Below are positions 34,933 through 46,272 of a DNA stretch of 64,000 nt, piece by piece (position 1 is the stretch's first letter; each line of letters starts with the position of its first letter). A model generated the notes under the pieces. The model saw nothing but the letters and a program-made list of their open reading frames with translations. It did no database searches and had not been told where the DNA came from. This stretch comes from Haliotis rubra. Its lineage: Eukaryota. The stretch lies in NCBI RefSeq assembly GCF_003918875.1, contig NW_025767166.1, positions 186,001 through 250,000 of the forward strand, read 5' to 3'. The position numbers and the translations under genes were made by a program.

Positions 34933-36169
34933 TATAACTAAATAGGTAGGAAGGTGGAATAATATTGGTATTATTTATTTCGACACTTATACTTCCATCC
35001 TAAATTCACAACTGTACTATACTAACGGAAAAAGTAACATAAACTTGCATAAAATAAAAGTTACTTGAAAAGTTATTAAAATAACCCCAAATAAACATTT
35101 AGCAAAGAACTTTCAGTGAAATTTGATGTTAACTATCGCGTAGGGCACTGCACTTTGTGCCCAATGAATGAACTTACTTACTTTTCGCATGCTTTTTTAC
35201 ACCTTATGTTCACACGCCTAATATTGAAAATTGAAGAACGGTTGAATTCTCTAGCATTTGAATGTTGTTGAAAACACGTTTATTTCAGCCTAAAATCACC
35301 TAAACGTCACGTCACGCACAGCTTGCAGCGTCTCCGCGCCGTGGATATGCTGGAGACTGGAATGGCCTGAAATTAAGTGGCCAGAGAGATGGTGTCCACT
35401 GAAACACGGTGTCATCTCTATGGAGACGTTTTCAACATAATGGGAACTTGAGAGATTTGCCTCGGACAGGCCTACCACGCGTGGACCTCTGCCCCCACTC
35501 CGATAGCACAACCTGTCAATCATCTCATAAGGTGCCGGTTGCCCAGATGATCACGTGACGCTCTGTGCCCGTCATTCTCGTCTTGGAGCTTCCAGTAATC
35601 TGTGATGTGGGGTAGGTCGGGTGGGTAGTGTGTATCCATTGCATGAGATAGCATAGGTATAAAAATATACAATTTATAGTTACGATTGGTCGGTGGGCCG
35701 CAGATTACTCTGTGTCAACTCTACAACCGTGAGGTCGCATAACCCAAGGAGGCCTGGAGAAAGCACCAACTCCGATACGCTAACTCCGAACTTGTGATGG
35801 GTTGCTTCAGATAACCCTTTAGCTTACACAGCAGCACAAAACTCTAGGGAGTGGGCGGTCCCGAATTAATGTGGTTTTCAGCCGCAACTTTTTGACAAGC
35901 AAAGGACGCAGTTTGGCACGTGGACCTCGCCTCCCCCGTGATTCATCAAGTGACCCCAGTGAATTAAAGTCAAAGACCTTAATCTGGACAGTCCCTGCTT
36001 CGAAACTACCCCCACAGACACACGCTGGAAGGCGGTGAAAGAGGGAATAGCCGGTTGCTCAACTTGTTTAACGTTCAGTACCAATCCCCTAACTTACAAA
36101 AGGTGAGAAAGGACTTAGGAGCCCGGAACACTTTGAAAACCACCTAAGTAATCGAAATCAACACTTCAC

Positions 36170-37290
36170 TGACGTATTTGCTCGGAGAGTAGAGGTCAGT
36201 AAGTGGAGTATTGACCACCTCTGCATGTAGCACAAGACTGGTCTCTCAGTCTAACGAGTCATGGGTACGACAGTGCAAACACGATCTAGTTCCCTAGGTG
36301 AGGCGGTCTATGCCCAAACGAACACAGTACCAATATATGGATAACATCGATATCTTTTATTTATGTACATAGAGCAAGACCAACGCAAGGAAGGATTGCT
36401 TCTCATCTGCGATTACAGGTCGGCGACAGCTGCTGAGCCAAGACTAGAGGACCGAACTGGTGCAGACCTTCCACATCCGCACCGTAATAGTGTGAGGCTA
36501 AGACTGTGTCCGATCTCCAAAGCATCCCTCCATGATGGCTGTAAGGCAGCAGTTCGATGGAGCAATGGTAGAGGCTAAGGCCGGGTCTCGGGAGGATTAA
36601 GCGTCATGGGTGGAAGAAGGTCTGCGTGAGGTGTAAGCCCATAAGAAGATGGTGGAACGCATCCAAAACGCTAGAGTGGTGCGAGAAACTTCAGAAGTGG
36701 AGGCAGTAGACAGCGGAATAAAAGTGTCTTCCGCAACCTATGTCGGTCCTTGGAATCAGCCAAGTATATCCGTAATGCCCGAACAGGGCAAAGTGGCACG
36801 GATCTACTGTGTCGTCAGGAGCCAAGATAGTAGACAGCGACAGGATCGTGAAAGTGTGGTCTGGCTGTCCTGGCAATTGGTTCTTGGCAACAAAATCCCA
36901 CCGCAAACTAAGGAATACTCGAGCATGTCTGGACCTCTCGAAAAGCACTCTAGAGACATCAAGGGCATGTAACTCGGAAATGCGTGCAGCAGTAGCCAAA
37001 GCCATGAGAAAAAGGTCTTAAAGGTGACATGTTGAAGCTCTACTCCTCCAAGGGCTCATAGTCCGCTGATGTAAGGTGGTTAAGTACCACGGAAAGGTCC
37101 CAAGCTGGCGGTGAATTTCCGGGATTGGTCAGCAACTTTATAAGATCTGAGGAGAGACTGGAGCTCAGGGACACCTTCACACTTCATTCTGCAATACGCC
37201 TCAAAATTCTTCCACTGTGTCATAGGAGTGACCTGTTGAGTGAGTGACCTGTGGTGATAGCTGTAGCAACTTCGCTTGGAATATCCCTTA
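36170..37290 (-). pseudogene. DIRS tyrosine recombinase remnant
   Basis: ALATAARISELHAL (catalytic Arg motif), FVAKNQ, CPVRALRIYL and VSRTTLAFWMRSTI in shifting frames. Confidence 0.8.
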
Positions 37291-37429
37291 GCAGTTAGTG
37301 ATTTATGTAAATGCAGCAGACGTGCAGATGGAGTGTGAGCAGAGACCAATGCAGCTGGTCTGAGTGAGGATGAAGCAGTAGATCGTCGCGATCGGGAGGT
37401 GGTACCGGACTTGGATCGGGCAGTTCTAG

Positions 37430-37692
37430 TAGATCTACAAACCACTCCTGGCCGGCCAGTAAGGCGCGACCAAAGTCAGTGTTATCCTCTGTGTCGTGCG
37501 TAGTTTCAGTAGCATGCATGTAAATAGAGCCACTGGCAGAAACACGTACGTGTTTAGGTCATCCCATGGAATGGCTAGAGCATCGAGTCCCCAAGCTAAC
37601 AGGTCCGGAATCGGAGACACAAATAGGGGCAGCTGGTGGTTGAAGCGAGTGGCGAACAGATCCACCGTCAGATTCATCAGTGGAAAGCACAA
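37430..37692 (-). pseudogene. DIRS pol C-terminal methyltransferase-like (MT) domain remnant
   Basis: VDLFATRFNHQLPLFVSP...DALAIPW...YVFLP...TLVAPYWPARS is the typical DIRS1 MT segment. Confidence 0.8.
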
Positions 37693-37949
37693 CGTCTAGA
37701 ACACCTGCAGAACACCTGCAAATGCAGCTTCCACTCCGTGTGGGAGAGGACGAAATATCGTTGTGTCCACCAGGAGTTGAGGAGATTCTGTAGACAGTGA
37801 ATCTGCAATCACATCAGAAGCAAGCGGATCGCCCACCCTGATGTGTGGAGCCACAAACAACTAAAGTTGGAGTTGACCCCTGAGGTGGGGTCAAGGCCAC
37901 GGTCCATCCACCGATGATCAGGAGACCCAGGAGTTCTGATGTGTGGAGC

Positions 37950-38868
37950 CAGAAGAGTCCTGAGGGTTGGGCCAAGGAGCAAGGGAACTAACCGCCCGAA
38001 GTTTCATAAAACGGTCCCTCGGAGCGAACAGTCTGTTGAGGTCTGTGTCGAACACCGCCGGATAAACTGTAGGCGATGTGTAGGGACTAGTTCAGACTTC
38101 TGCATGTTCACGAGCCAACCTAACTGGTGAAGTAGCTGCACGTGAAATGTCTGTGGCGAGGTAGAAGGGCATGATAGTTCTGTGCCTGGATACAATCATC
38201 GATATAGGCTTCGAAGATTATCCCCCTTTAAATCTGGTGATGGGTTTCATCACCCGTGTAAAATGCCACGGAGCCGAACAAATTCCAAACGGGAGGACAC
38301 ACCATTGATAATGGGTGCCCTCAAAAACAAACCAGAGAAACTTGCGATGGTCCGGGAAGATCAGAATATGAAGGTAAGCGTCCTGAAGGTCGAGACTGAT
38401 CATGTAGTCCCCTGGTTTGAGGATTGTCCTGAGGAGCGCCACCGACACCGTTCGAAAATGAGGAGGTGGTTGTAGGTACATCTGGTTGAAGAGTTTAATG
38501 TTGAAAATGAGTCTCAACTTGTCAGAGTCTTTTTTTGGGACCAGAAAGATTGGTGAGTAGAACCCTGGGTGGTTGGGTGCCGGACCCAGGGATTCGATTG
38601 CAAGTTTGTGAACTAGAGTCTCTATGGTGGACCGGAGGACAGCCGTCTGGGAAGCCGGATACGTCCTGAGGTCTGGATGCAGAGTAAGAGGCGGGTTGCC
38701 TATTACTGGAAGCCGAAATCCCTTGGACAGAGTGGAAAGCACGTAAGGGTCGTCCAAGATGGTCCAATTGAGGGCATAAAGCCCAAGTCTTCCGGGGAAT
38801 CCTGACGGGGAATCCTTGACAAGGACCCAGTCGGGCTGAAATATCTGCCAGTCAGGCCTCTCTCTCAA
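37950..38868 (-). pseudogene. DIRS reverse transcriptase remnant
   Basis: GFYSPIFLVPKKDSDKLRLIFN, ISLDLQDAYLHI, YQWCVLPFGICSAPWHFTRVM, LGWLVNMQKSELVPT. Confidence 0.9.
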
Positions 38869-38999
38869 CGCCGGAAGACTGCTGGATAGGCCCTGAAAAG
38901 TAAAATCGCTGGGTTGCGCCCTCTAGGTAAAAAAACTGTGCTGATCGCAAATCTGGGCTGTTAGGTACGCGTGCTGGGGCACGCTTGACGTAATGCATC

Positions 39000-41203
39000 C
39001 TCCACTTGTAAGTGCTGGAACTTTAACAGCTCCACAGAAACTTGAAGATGAGCATCCTGCCCCACCTTGGTTGCCACCTCATGTATAGCCCCATTGAAGA
39101 GTGACCTGCCAGACATGGTTGTGGGAAGAGATTGTGCGGAACCTATCCTCCCAAGAGGACAAGTGAAGAGGACCCCTATGCCCGAACTGCTGTGAGGTAT
39201 AAGAAGTCATAAACTGATCCAATATAACTTGAAATTGACCTTTCAATAAAACCACATAAGGAGACACTGCATGATACAGATACACACATGGCCACTGCTT
39301 CTGTTGCTGTTAACATCATGTTGAGGGCACCAAAATCTTGCGAATGGCAGCATCAAAGCATAATAATTCATTTGTCCTCTATCAAAGGGAGAATACGCTC
39401 TTGGTTTCATTCCCAGTAAAGTAACATCATCATCTACAGGCTGGGATGCAATCAATGTGGAGAACCCATGAACATGAAAGGGCCTTCCAGGTTAAAGCGA
39501 GCGAAAACCCATCCTTGACTTTCGAAGGTTGTCAAACACCTCATCTAATGAAGCCCCAAGCTGAGTAATACAGAGTCGGCGGGGAATGTAATAGAAATGA
39601 AATCGCCGGTTTCATATCAAAGAAGTCAACAAGTCTGCTGGCGAGGACTTCACTGAGGTAGACAAAAGTTGATCAGCAATCAAACCAACAACTCTGCGAC
39701 GATTGACCACATCAACACTAACCTCTGGCGTTGAAGTCCCATCTGGAAGTAGGGAAGGCCTGGCAGTTGGGAGGGCGACATCAAGAGATTGAACAGGAGC
39801 GGTAGAAGGGCCAACTGAATGAACGCTCGTAGTAGGAACTGGAGGTTGTTGACCCAGCGCTGATGCTACTGCCCGAACAATGGAGTCAAAATCAAACGGC
39901 TGAGATACCGGTACATTGGACGCTGGATTCCAGGACACCGGTAAAATAGGTCAGGAAGGAGCCGTAAATGTAGATACGGGAACAGCCGAAGTCACCGGAG
40001 GTACAACTACTCTCATGTCTGACATAGGAGGATGACGGAACTGTTCATCATGAAGCGCCTGAATACCCCGTTGATTGAGCTAACGCTGTAGTTGAAAGCA
40101 TCGCATGGGAAGTAAGCATCGCATTGGTAGCAAGCAGCGCACTAGGTGGCAAACCGCTTCCCGTAGAAGGTAGTTCCCTAGTGGAGAGTCCCGCCGAAAG
40201 AGAGAGCGGCGCTCCGGGAGGAGGCGCAGAACTCACACCCGCCGCTGTAGAAGGTTGAAGCGACGCATTCGAAACCAGTGGTGCATTGGAAGTAAGCGAC
40301 GCATTGGAAACCAGTGGTGCATTGGAAACCAGTGGTGCATTGGAAGTAAGCGACGCATTGGAAACCAGTGGTGCATTGGAAGTAAGCGGCGCATTGGAAG
40401 TAAGCGATGCACTGGAAACAAGTGCCGCTCTGGTAGTAAGCGGCACACTGAAAATAGGCGGTGGTTCATAGACAGGTGGTGCAAGGTACGTGCACTGGAT
40501 ACTGCCGTCATGCATGATGTCACCACAGAAGGATATGAGAGCGCCGAACTGAAACAAAGCGCCGCATTGGAAGCCAGCGACACATAGGTTGAAAGCGCCA
40601 TACTGATCCCTGTGGTTGAAAGCCACGAAATGACTGCACTCGCCGCATGAGAGTGAAAGCTTTCACCAAGCGCACACCACAATAGTAGAGGGGGCTGGAG
40701 CACTCAACCAAAGCGGCGCACTGGAAACAACCACCTCAGGCAAACTAGGAGTCGACACCAAGGACTGTGCTGCAGAGGTTGTTAGCACTCTCGGAGGAGA
40801 TAAAACTTGTCTGGAGACGGGACTAGATGTTTGAGGACGAAAGAGACGACGGAGATTCTCGCTCAAGTAGGCATCTGGGGCCACCTCTGAAAAATCTTCG
40901 TCCGGGGACGGTGATTTAGATCGACGAACTGCTCTCTTCGAACAGCGTTCCGATTTAGCACGCTTAGAAGTTGAAGGACCTTCAGCAACGCCGATCTCTG
41001 TCTGATCTGGGTCTAGATGCAACCCGTCGATATTCAGAAAAATCATCATCATTGAAGTGTGAACAAACAGAACACCCATGTAACCAACTACAACAGCCTA
41101 TACAATCCACACACAAAGCGTGTGGATCAGCAGCGGAAAAGTTGCTGTTGCACTGATCACAGTGTTTGCTTTTCTTAGAAGAACTCCGATTCGATTTACC
41201 CAT
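39000..41203 (-). pseudogene. DIRS gag-like ORF remnant with Cys/His N-terminus and 18-bp coding repeat (40265-40450)
   Basis: MGKSNRSSSKKSKHCDQC..DPHALCVDCIGC..HGCSVC followed by Ser/Pro-rich segments and (SNAPLV/SNASLT)n. Confidence 0.65.
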
Positions 41204-41431
41204 ATTGACAATCAAATAATGTCTAACTGAGAGAACAACACACGTCCAGCGACAAGAAAGAGAATGACAGGCACAGAGCGTCACGTGATCATCTGAGCAA
41301 CCGGCACCTTATGAGATGACAGGTCGTGCTATCGGAGTTGGGGCAGAGGTCAGGGGGGTAGAGGTCAGAAAGCTTTGATTCAACTTAGCCTACAGTTTAA
41401 AAATTACCCACATTCGGCTAACATCTAAGGC

Positions 41432-42960
41432 ATCAATCAATCTTTATTCGGTACTTAAAAGCCACATTTATAAACACAATATTTACAAGTGAGCAGCAGA
41501 AAAGCATATGTCAAATATTTACAGATAACAAATTTAATGCCGATTTGCTATGTATAAATACAATATAGATATACATTGACAGGTTCTGTAATTCAATAGT
41601 ATTTTCATTTGTTAATAATTTAGTCATATTTATTTCATTTGGATGGGTATAATAGTAGGATGTTAGGTATTTCTTTCTGAGGTATTCATAGGCAGGGCAG
41701 ATAAAAAGACAATGGTATTCGTCTTCTACAGCATTAACATTACAGAGGTTGCAAATTCTATGGTTACGTGGTAACGCCCAGTTTGAACAAACAAGTCGCG
41801 TGATGAGAAGCGAAAACGGGATAAAGCTACACAGAATTTCTTTACAGTTATTTTTGATAAATCATTTTCTTGGCATAGTTCAGATTTCCAATGTTTATAA
41901 TACAGACATTTAGAGGATAGATAGATAGATTCAAGACATTTTTGTTGATAGATGTCCTTCATTATTTGGGTCAGTGAAATAATAAAAGAATTTCTGGCTG
42001 GGCGTTTTGATTATTCCAAACATAACCATATCCCGTTATGAATAACAATTCCCTTACATTAGTTACCCAATTTCTTTTCCAAATTTTTATCATATACTAT
42101 CATCATATTATAACATTTCTTAGGAAATCTATGACATGGCATAGTTAACAATCGTAGCCAGTACTTTATAACTTTACTAGTAGAATATATGTATAATGGA
42201 AATCTACCACACTCGCCATATACCATAGTGCTACATGGGCTAGATTTCACACCGAGATATTTTTTGCATGCATATAAATGGACTTTTTCTAAAGATTCAT
42301 AATTATTCAAACCCCATATTTCTGATCCATATAAGAGTATTGGGCGTACTTAAACATCAAATATTTTAAAGAATGATTTATTATTATAGGATATTTATAT
42401 AGCGCACTAATCAAGGCGCTGGTATTTTTATCCCTCGATCATTGGATTTCAATCTCAACGGCACATCGTATTATCAATCTCAATTTCCTGTGGAGTATAC
42501 AACTCTTGCAGCCACTAGGCGCACCGAGTTATTGTGGCTTTCTCATCTTAACGATGAGCTGGGTGGACACATAGTCACAGTACTTTGTCCAAGTTCACTG
42601 CACGTTGCTGTACCCGCAACTAGGTGTTTGCATGTATTCATGTGGCCACCATCTGGTCATATACCAACGGATTCGTGGGTTCTTTTAAGTGCACAGGGTT
42701 GTGTACTGTACACTAGGGGTTGTGACAACACTAAAAGAGTCTGCACACAATGTTGACTCCAAGGTTTATACACCCGGTCACAGGTGGGCTCGATCCCGGC
42801 ACCTCAACCACGCTGGATCACTAGCCTGGCGCTTTAACCAGCTCCCCACCGAGCCCCACATTTATATGATATTTCTAATTATATTTATCAAAACCTTAAG
42901 GGCTTGTACAGATACATATTTTTAGAAGAGTCTATATTTAGACCATGACTCATGTCGTAC
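41432..42960 (-). mobile_element. 3' part of a non-LTR retrotransposon (RT C-terminal region, Cys/His motif, AATAAA + (TTGA)n tail); RTE-X/L2-like; interrupted by a SINE
   Basis: LEKVHLYACKKYLGVKSS..MVYGECGRFPL, KYWLRLL, ALSRFRFSS.DL.VQTGRY, EDEYHCLFICPAY; the end reads aataaagattgattga on the - strand. Confidence 0.85.
42378..42858 (-). mobile_element. Long tRNA-headed SINE (family C) with (TAA)n-like tail, inserted in the LINE
   Basis: Head ggggctcggtggggagctggttaaagcgcc...gggatcgagccc on the - strand; 3' end gcgctatataaat..taataataa. Confidence 0.7.
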
Positions 42961-43634
42961 ATAGGATTCCCCACAACTTATTTTTAGACTCTGGTGGGTA
43001 TATAAAGTCCACCAAACAGCCCCATGTCATACACAGCTCAGTCCCTAGACCTAGTGATTACACATTGTGGATATACATACTGGTGTATTTCTTATTGGAT
43101 TTATATTTTCAATAGTTCGGCCTCTCATCTTCACATCTCTGGAGTGATTAAACATTGTGGATATTTCTCACTGGATTACAAAACATCTTTGGATTATACT
43201 GTGTGCAATTCACTGGATATATATTTTCAACAGAACATAAAGGTAAGTGTACCTTCACATTTGTGTAAACTTACTAACATCAGAATAGGGAATTGAAACA
43301 ACTTACCTCATGTGATCCATAGGAAATCCCTTAGCACAAGCTTCGAACATATGTCCATGAACAGATAGATTCACGCATATATCCATTGTATCATGTATCC
43401 AGCAACACAATCACACATATTTCCATGAACGGATAGATCCAGTCCAGCAGGTATATCCAATATTGAGAATATATTAACCAGCCTTTATCCCAGCATGTCT
43501 AGATGTTTTGATGGGTTGGGACAAGTAACCCATTCATGTGAAGTAACAGGTGTGATATAACTGTACTCCACAATGAATGAATCATTTGCCCACCCTTGGG
43601 CACCTTTATTTACACAAACAAAAGACACATATAT

Positions 43635-43732
43635 GACTGACTGACTGAGTTAGGTTTTACGCCGCTTTTAGCAATATTCCAGCAACATCAAGGCGGGGAA
43701 CACCAGAAATGGGCTTCACACATTGTACCCAT
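43635..43732 (-). mobile_element. 5'-truncated SINE family A
   Basis: gactgactgactgagttaggttttacgccgc...cacacattgtacccat; gacacatatatga duplicated on both flanks. Confidence 0.8.
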
Positions 43733-43817
43733 GGACACATATATGAACAAAAGTTAACAATATATACACAAAGATAATATGTACAAATTTAACATAATAC
43801 AATAAATTATACAAAAC

Positions 43818-44287
43818 CAGGGCTACAGATAACTTTTTGGGTCACTGAGTTATGTACTCGCTTGTGTTCATCTCAATTGGGTATCCTAATTTTCCTTTGA
43901 GTAACCAAATAAATTGTACCCACCTCACACAAACTCATTTGGGTATTTTGCCATTTTCCATTAATTGTAAAAATATAATAAAGGTTAAATGTTGGTTTAC
44001 GTGTTTGTTATTTTTATTTGATCTGTTATATGAGAAACGATAAAACACTGCAAGTTGCCAAGTTCATGTATTGAAATAGAACCTCTCAATACACCTCAGT
44101 TATTTTATCTATCCACCGGTTCGCAAGCTAAGATTTGACATTTTTGTGTGTACGCATGTAAGATCAAATTTATTGAGTATTTACAAAAATACGCAATAGA
44201 AGGGTACGCAATAGACTGAATAGGAATTGAGTTTTCACATAAATATTTGTGTAATTTACGCAGATACGCAGCTTATCTGTACCTCTG
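43818..44287. mobile_element. MITE (same family as 20810-21303) with 6-bp TSD
   Basis: cagggctacagataa ... ttatctgtacctctg; CAAAAC on both sides. Confidence 0.8.
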
Positions 44288-44799
44288 CAAAACTAACACT
44301 ACAAAAACCTAATAATCTCTAATAATAATTTCTAAAATATCTAATAAGGACTCTTCATCTGTTTCTTCGCCTCCCCCATTCTCCACTCTATATGGGTCTG
44401 GAAGACTCCCATAAGTCTGAAAAAAATAAGATACAAATCCTGTATATGATGATAATACATTTACTTCAGATTGTTTTAACTTTAATGGATCTAATATACA
44501 CTTACGAGGAGAGGGAAGATGCCCCCTCGGTGGTGGCGTCACTGGTGTTGGAGACGGATGGGGTAGGAGACGGATGGGGTAGAAGGCATGTCCACCCTTG
44601 TGATGATACAGTCATCATCACTGAAATGAGAACAATATACCTAAATTAACACGAAATGGTTAAAGGCCATAATCACACACAAAAACCTTTTTGGATTTAA
44701 GTTAATACTTTAACATCATGTATTACATACAATAGTATTAAAGCATTTTCAAATTAATATTACTTACTCAACAGGGGTGCTCATGCCCTCAGTAGCCTC

Positions 44800-45144
44800 A
44801 ACTTTCTTCACAAGGAGGTTCCTTAAATTGTTTGGTTTTCTTGTCCCTTGCATTACATGCAGGGCATCTAGAACCACAGTGATGACATTTGGATTTCTCA
44901 TTGACCGACAAACAGGACAGACTGACTGAGCCACCAAGTAGTTGGGAACATGTTGACATTTGCCACACCAGGATTGGTGACAATGTTGACAAGTAGATGA
45001 CTGATGGGGACAGTTATCAACAGGACAGGTAGGACAGGGCCCTTGTGGCGAAAAACCTTCTTCACGCATCAGCTGTTCATCCTGTCGGCATTCAAAGTCG
45101 TAAAAGATGAATTTAATCTTGGCCTCATCCTCTTCATTGGGTGT
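44800..45144 (-). pseudogene. Inverted duplicate of part of the pPolB gene (~46581-46935)
   Basis: Near-identical reverse-complement sequence encoding EEGFSPQGPCPTCPVDNCPHQSSTCQHCHQSWCGKCQHVPNYLVAQSVCPVC, with a short deletion. Confidence 0.9.
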
Positions 45145-46272
45145 CTGGAATAGTGTTTATGAACTATATTTATACATAAAACCAAGTGACACGGTGATTT
45201 TACCATAATTCATCACTATATAAATTATAATCACATAATGAATATTATTTGTTTGTTTTTTGTATCTGCATTATTTATTTTATTATGATTCACATGTTAC
45301 AGGCATTGTTAACAGTATTATTTTTGTTGTGTGTGTTTTTGTGTTATTTATTATTAGTTGTGTTTTCAATGAAACAACAACTATTTTATTGTAACTGAAA
45401 TAACGGGAGTACTGCACTTTACCAGGCGCACCTTTTCAGATGAATTAGCGCTGTTGGGTTTCCCTAACCCGAACCCCTAACCCTAGTCTGTCTCACAGTC
45501 CCTGAACCACATTACTTTCCCTACTGCCAATCCCTCACTGCCTACACATCTAGGTCTGTCATCTTGTACTATACTGTACTCATATAAATATAGATGACGA
45601 TGGGGTTATATAATCATCCGTTCATACATACCAGTATGATACCGCCATGTGTGGTGTTATTAAACAACATGCCAATGTAAACATGTTTTCTCCCATTAGC
45701 GGTATGAACCAGAGTTTTTCTCACGAATAAAGTACGTCCACTGTACGATCCCATCAGAATACTGAACATTCCCATCACGACATAGAATAATCCATCGTAT
45801 AAATTCCACACATTTGCATTACTTAAACCATGAAAATCACTTTCCCTCCATTTCTCGGAATCGTACACACGTGGTTTTAGTAGACTAGAGTTACGCCCCT
45901 TCCTACCGGCTCTGCCTAAAAACGGTACTATCAAAACCGGTTCTATCAAACTTGATCAAAACGGTTCAGACTCAAAACGGTTACATATCCAAAACGGCTT
46001 TGTAGACCAAAACGATTCACACGTGAACATTTCTGAATGATGTATTAGCATAAGGTTATATCAGCATAGTAATAGACTATTTAATTGTCATGTTGTCACA
46101 ATATGATTGAAAAGTATTAGTATGACACAATACTGTAAAGTATGGTTCAGGGTGAATACTCATTATATTTCAGATGGATCTGCAGGCCGTAATAGATTTT
46201 TTTGATGACTATGCCAGTTTGATCAAGTGCGTTTGATCAAAACGGTTACATATCCAAAACGGCTATGCCAGT

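Larger units (their letters stand above)
35484..41351 (-). mobile_element. DIRS1-type tyrosine-recombinase retrotransposon, degenerate
   Basis: Inverted terminal repeats at about 35484-35578 and 41261-41351; gag-like, RT, MT-like and YR remnants in that order on the - strand. Confidence 0.9.

Noticed and set aside
45462-45486. True or interstitial telomere
   Set aside because: Only about three imperfect CCCTAA units inside a repeat.
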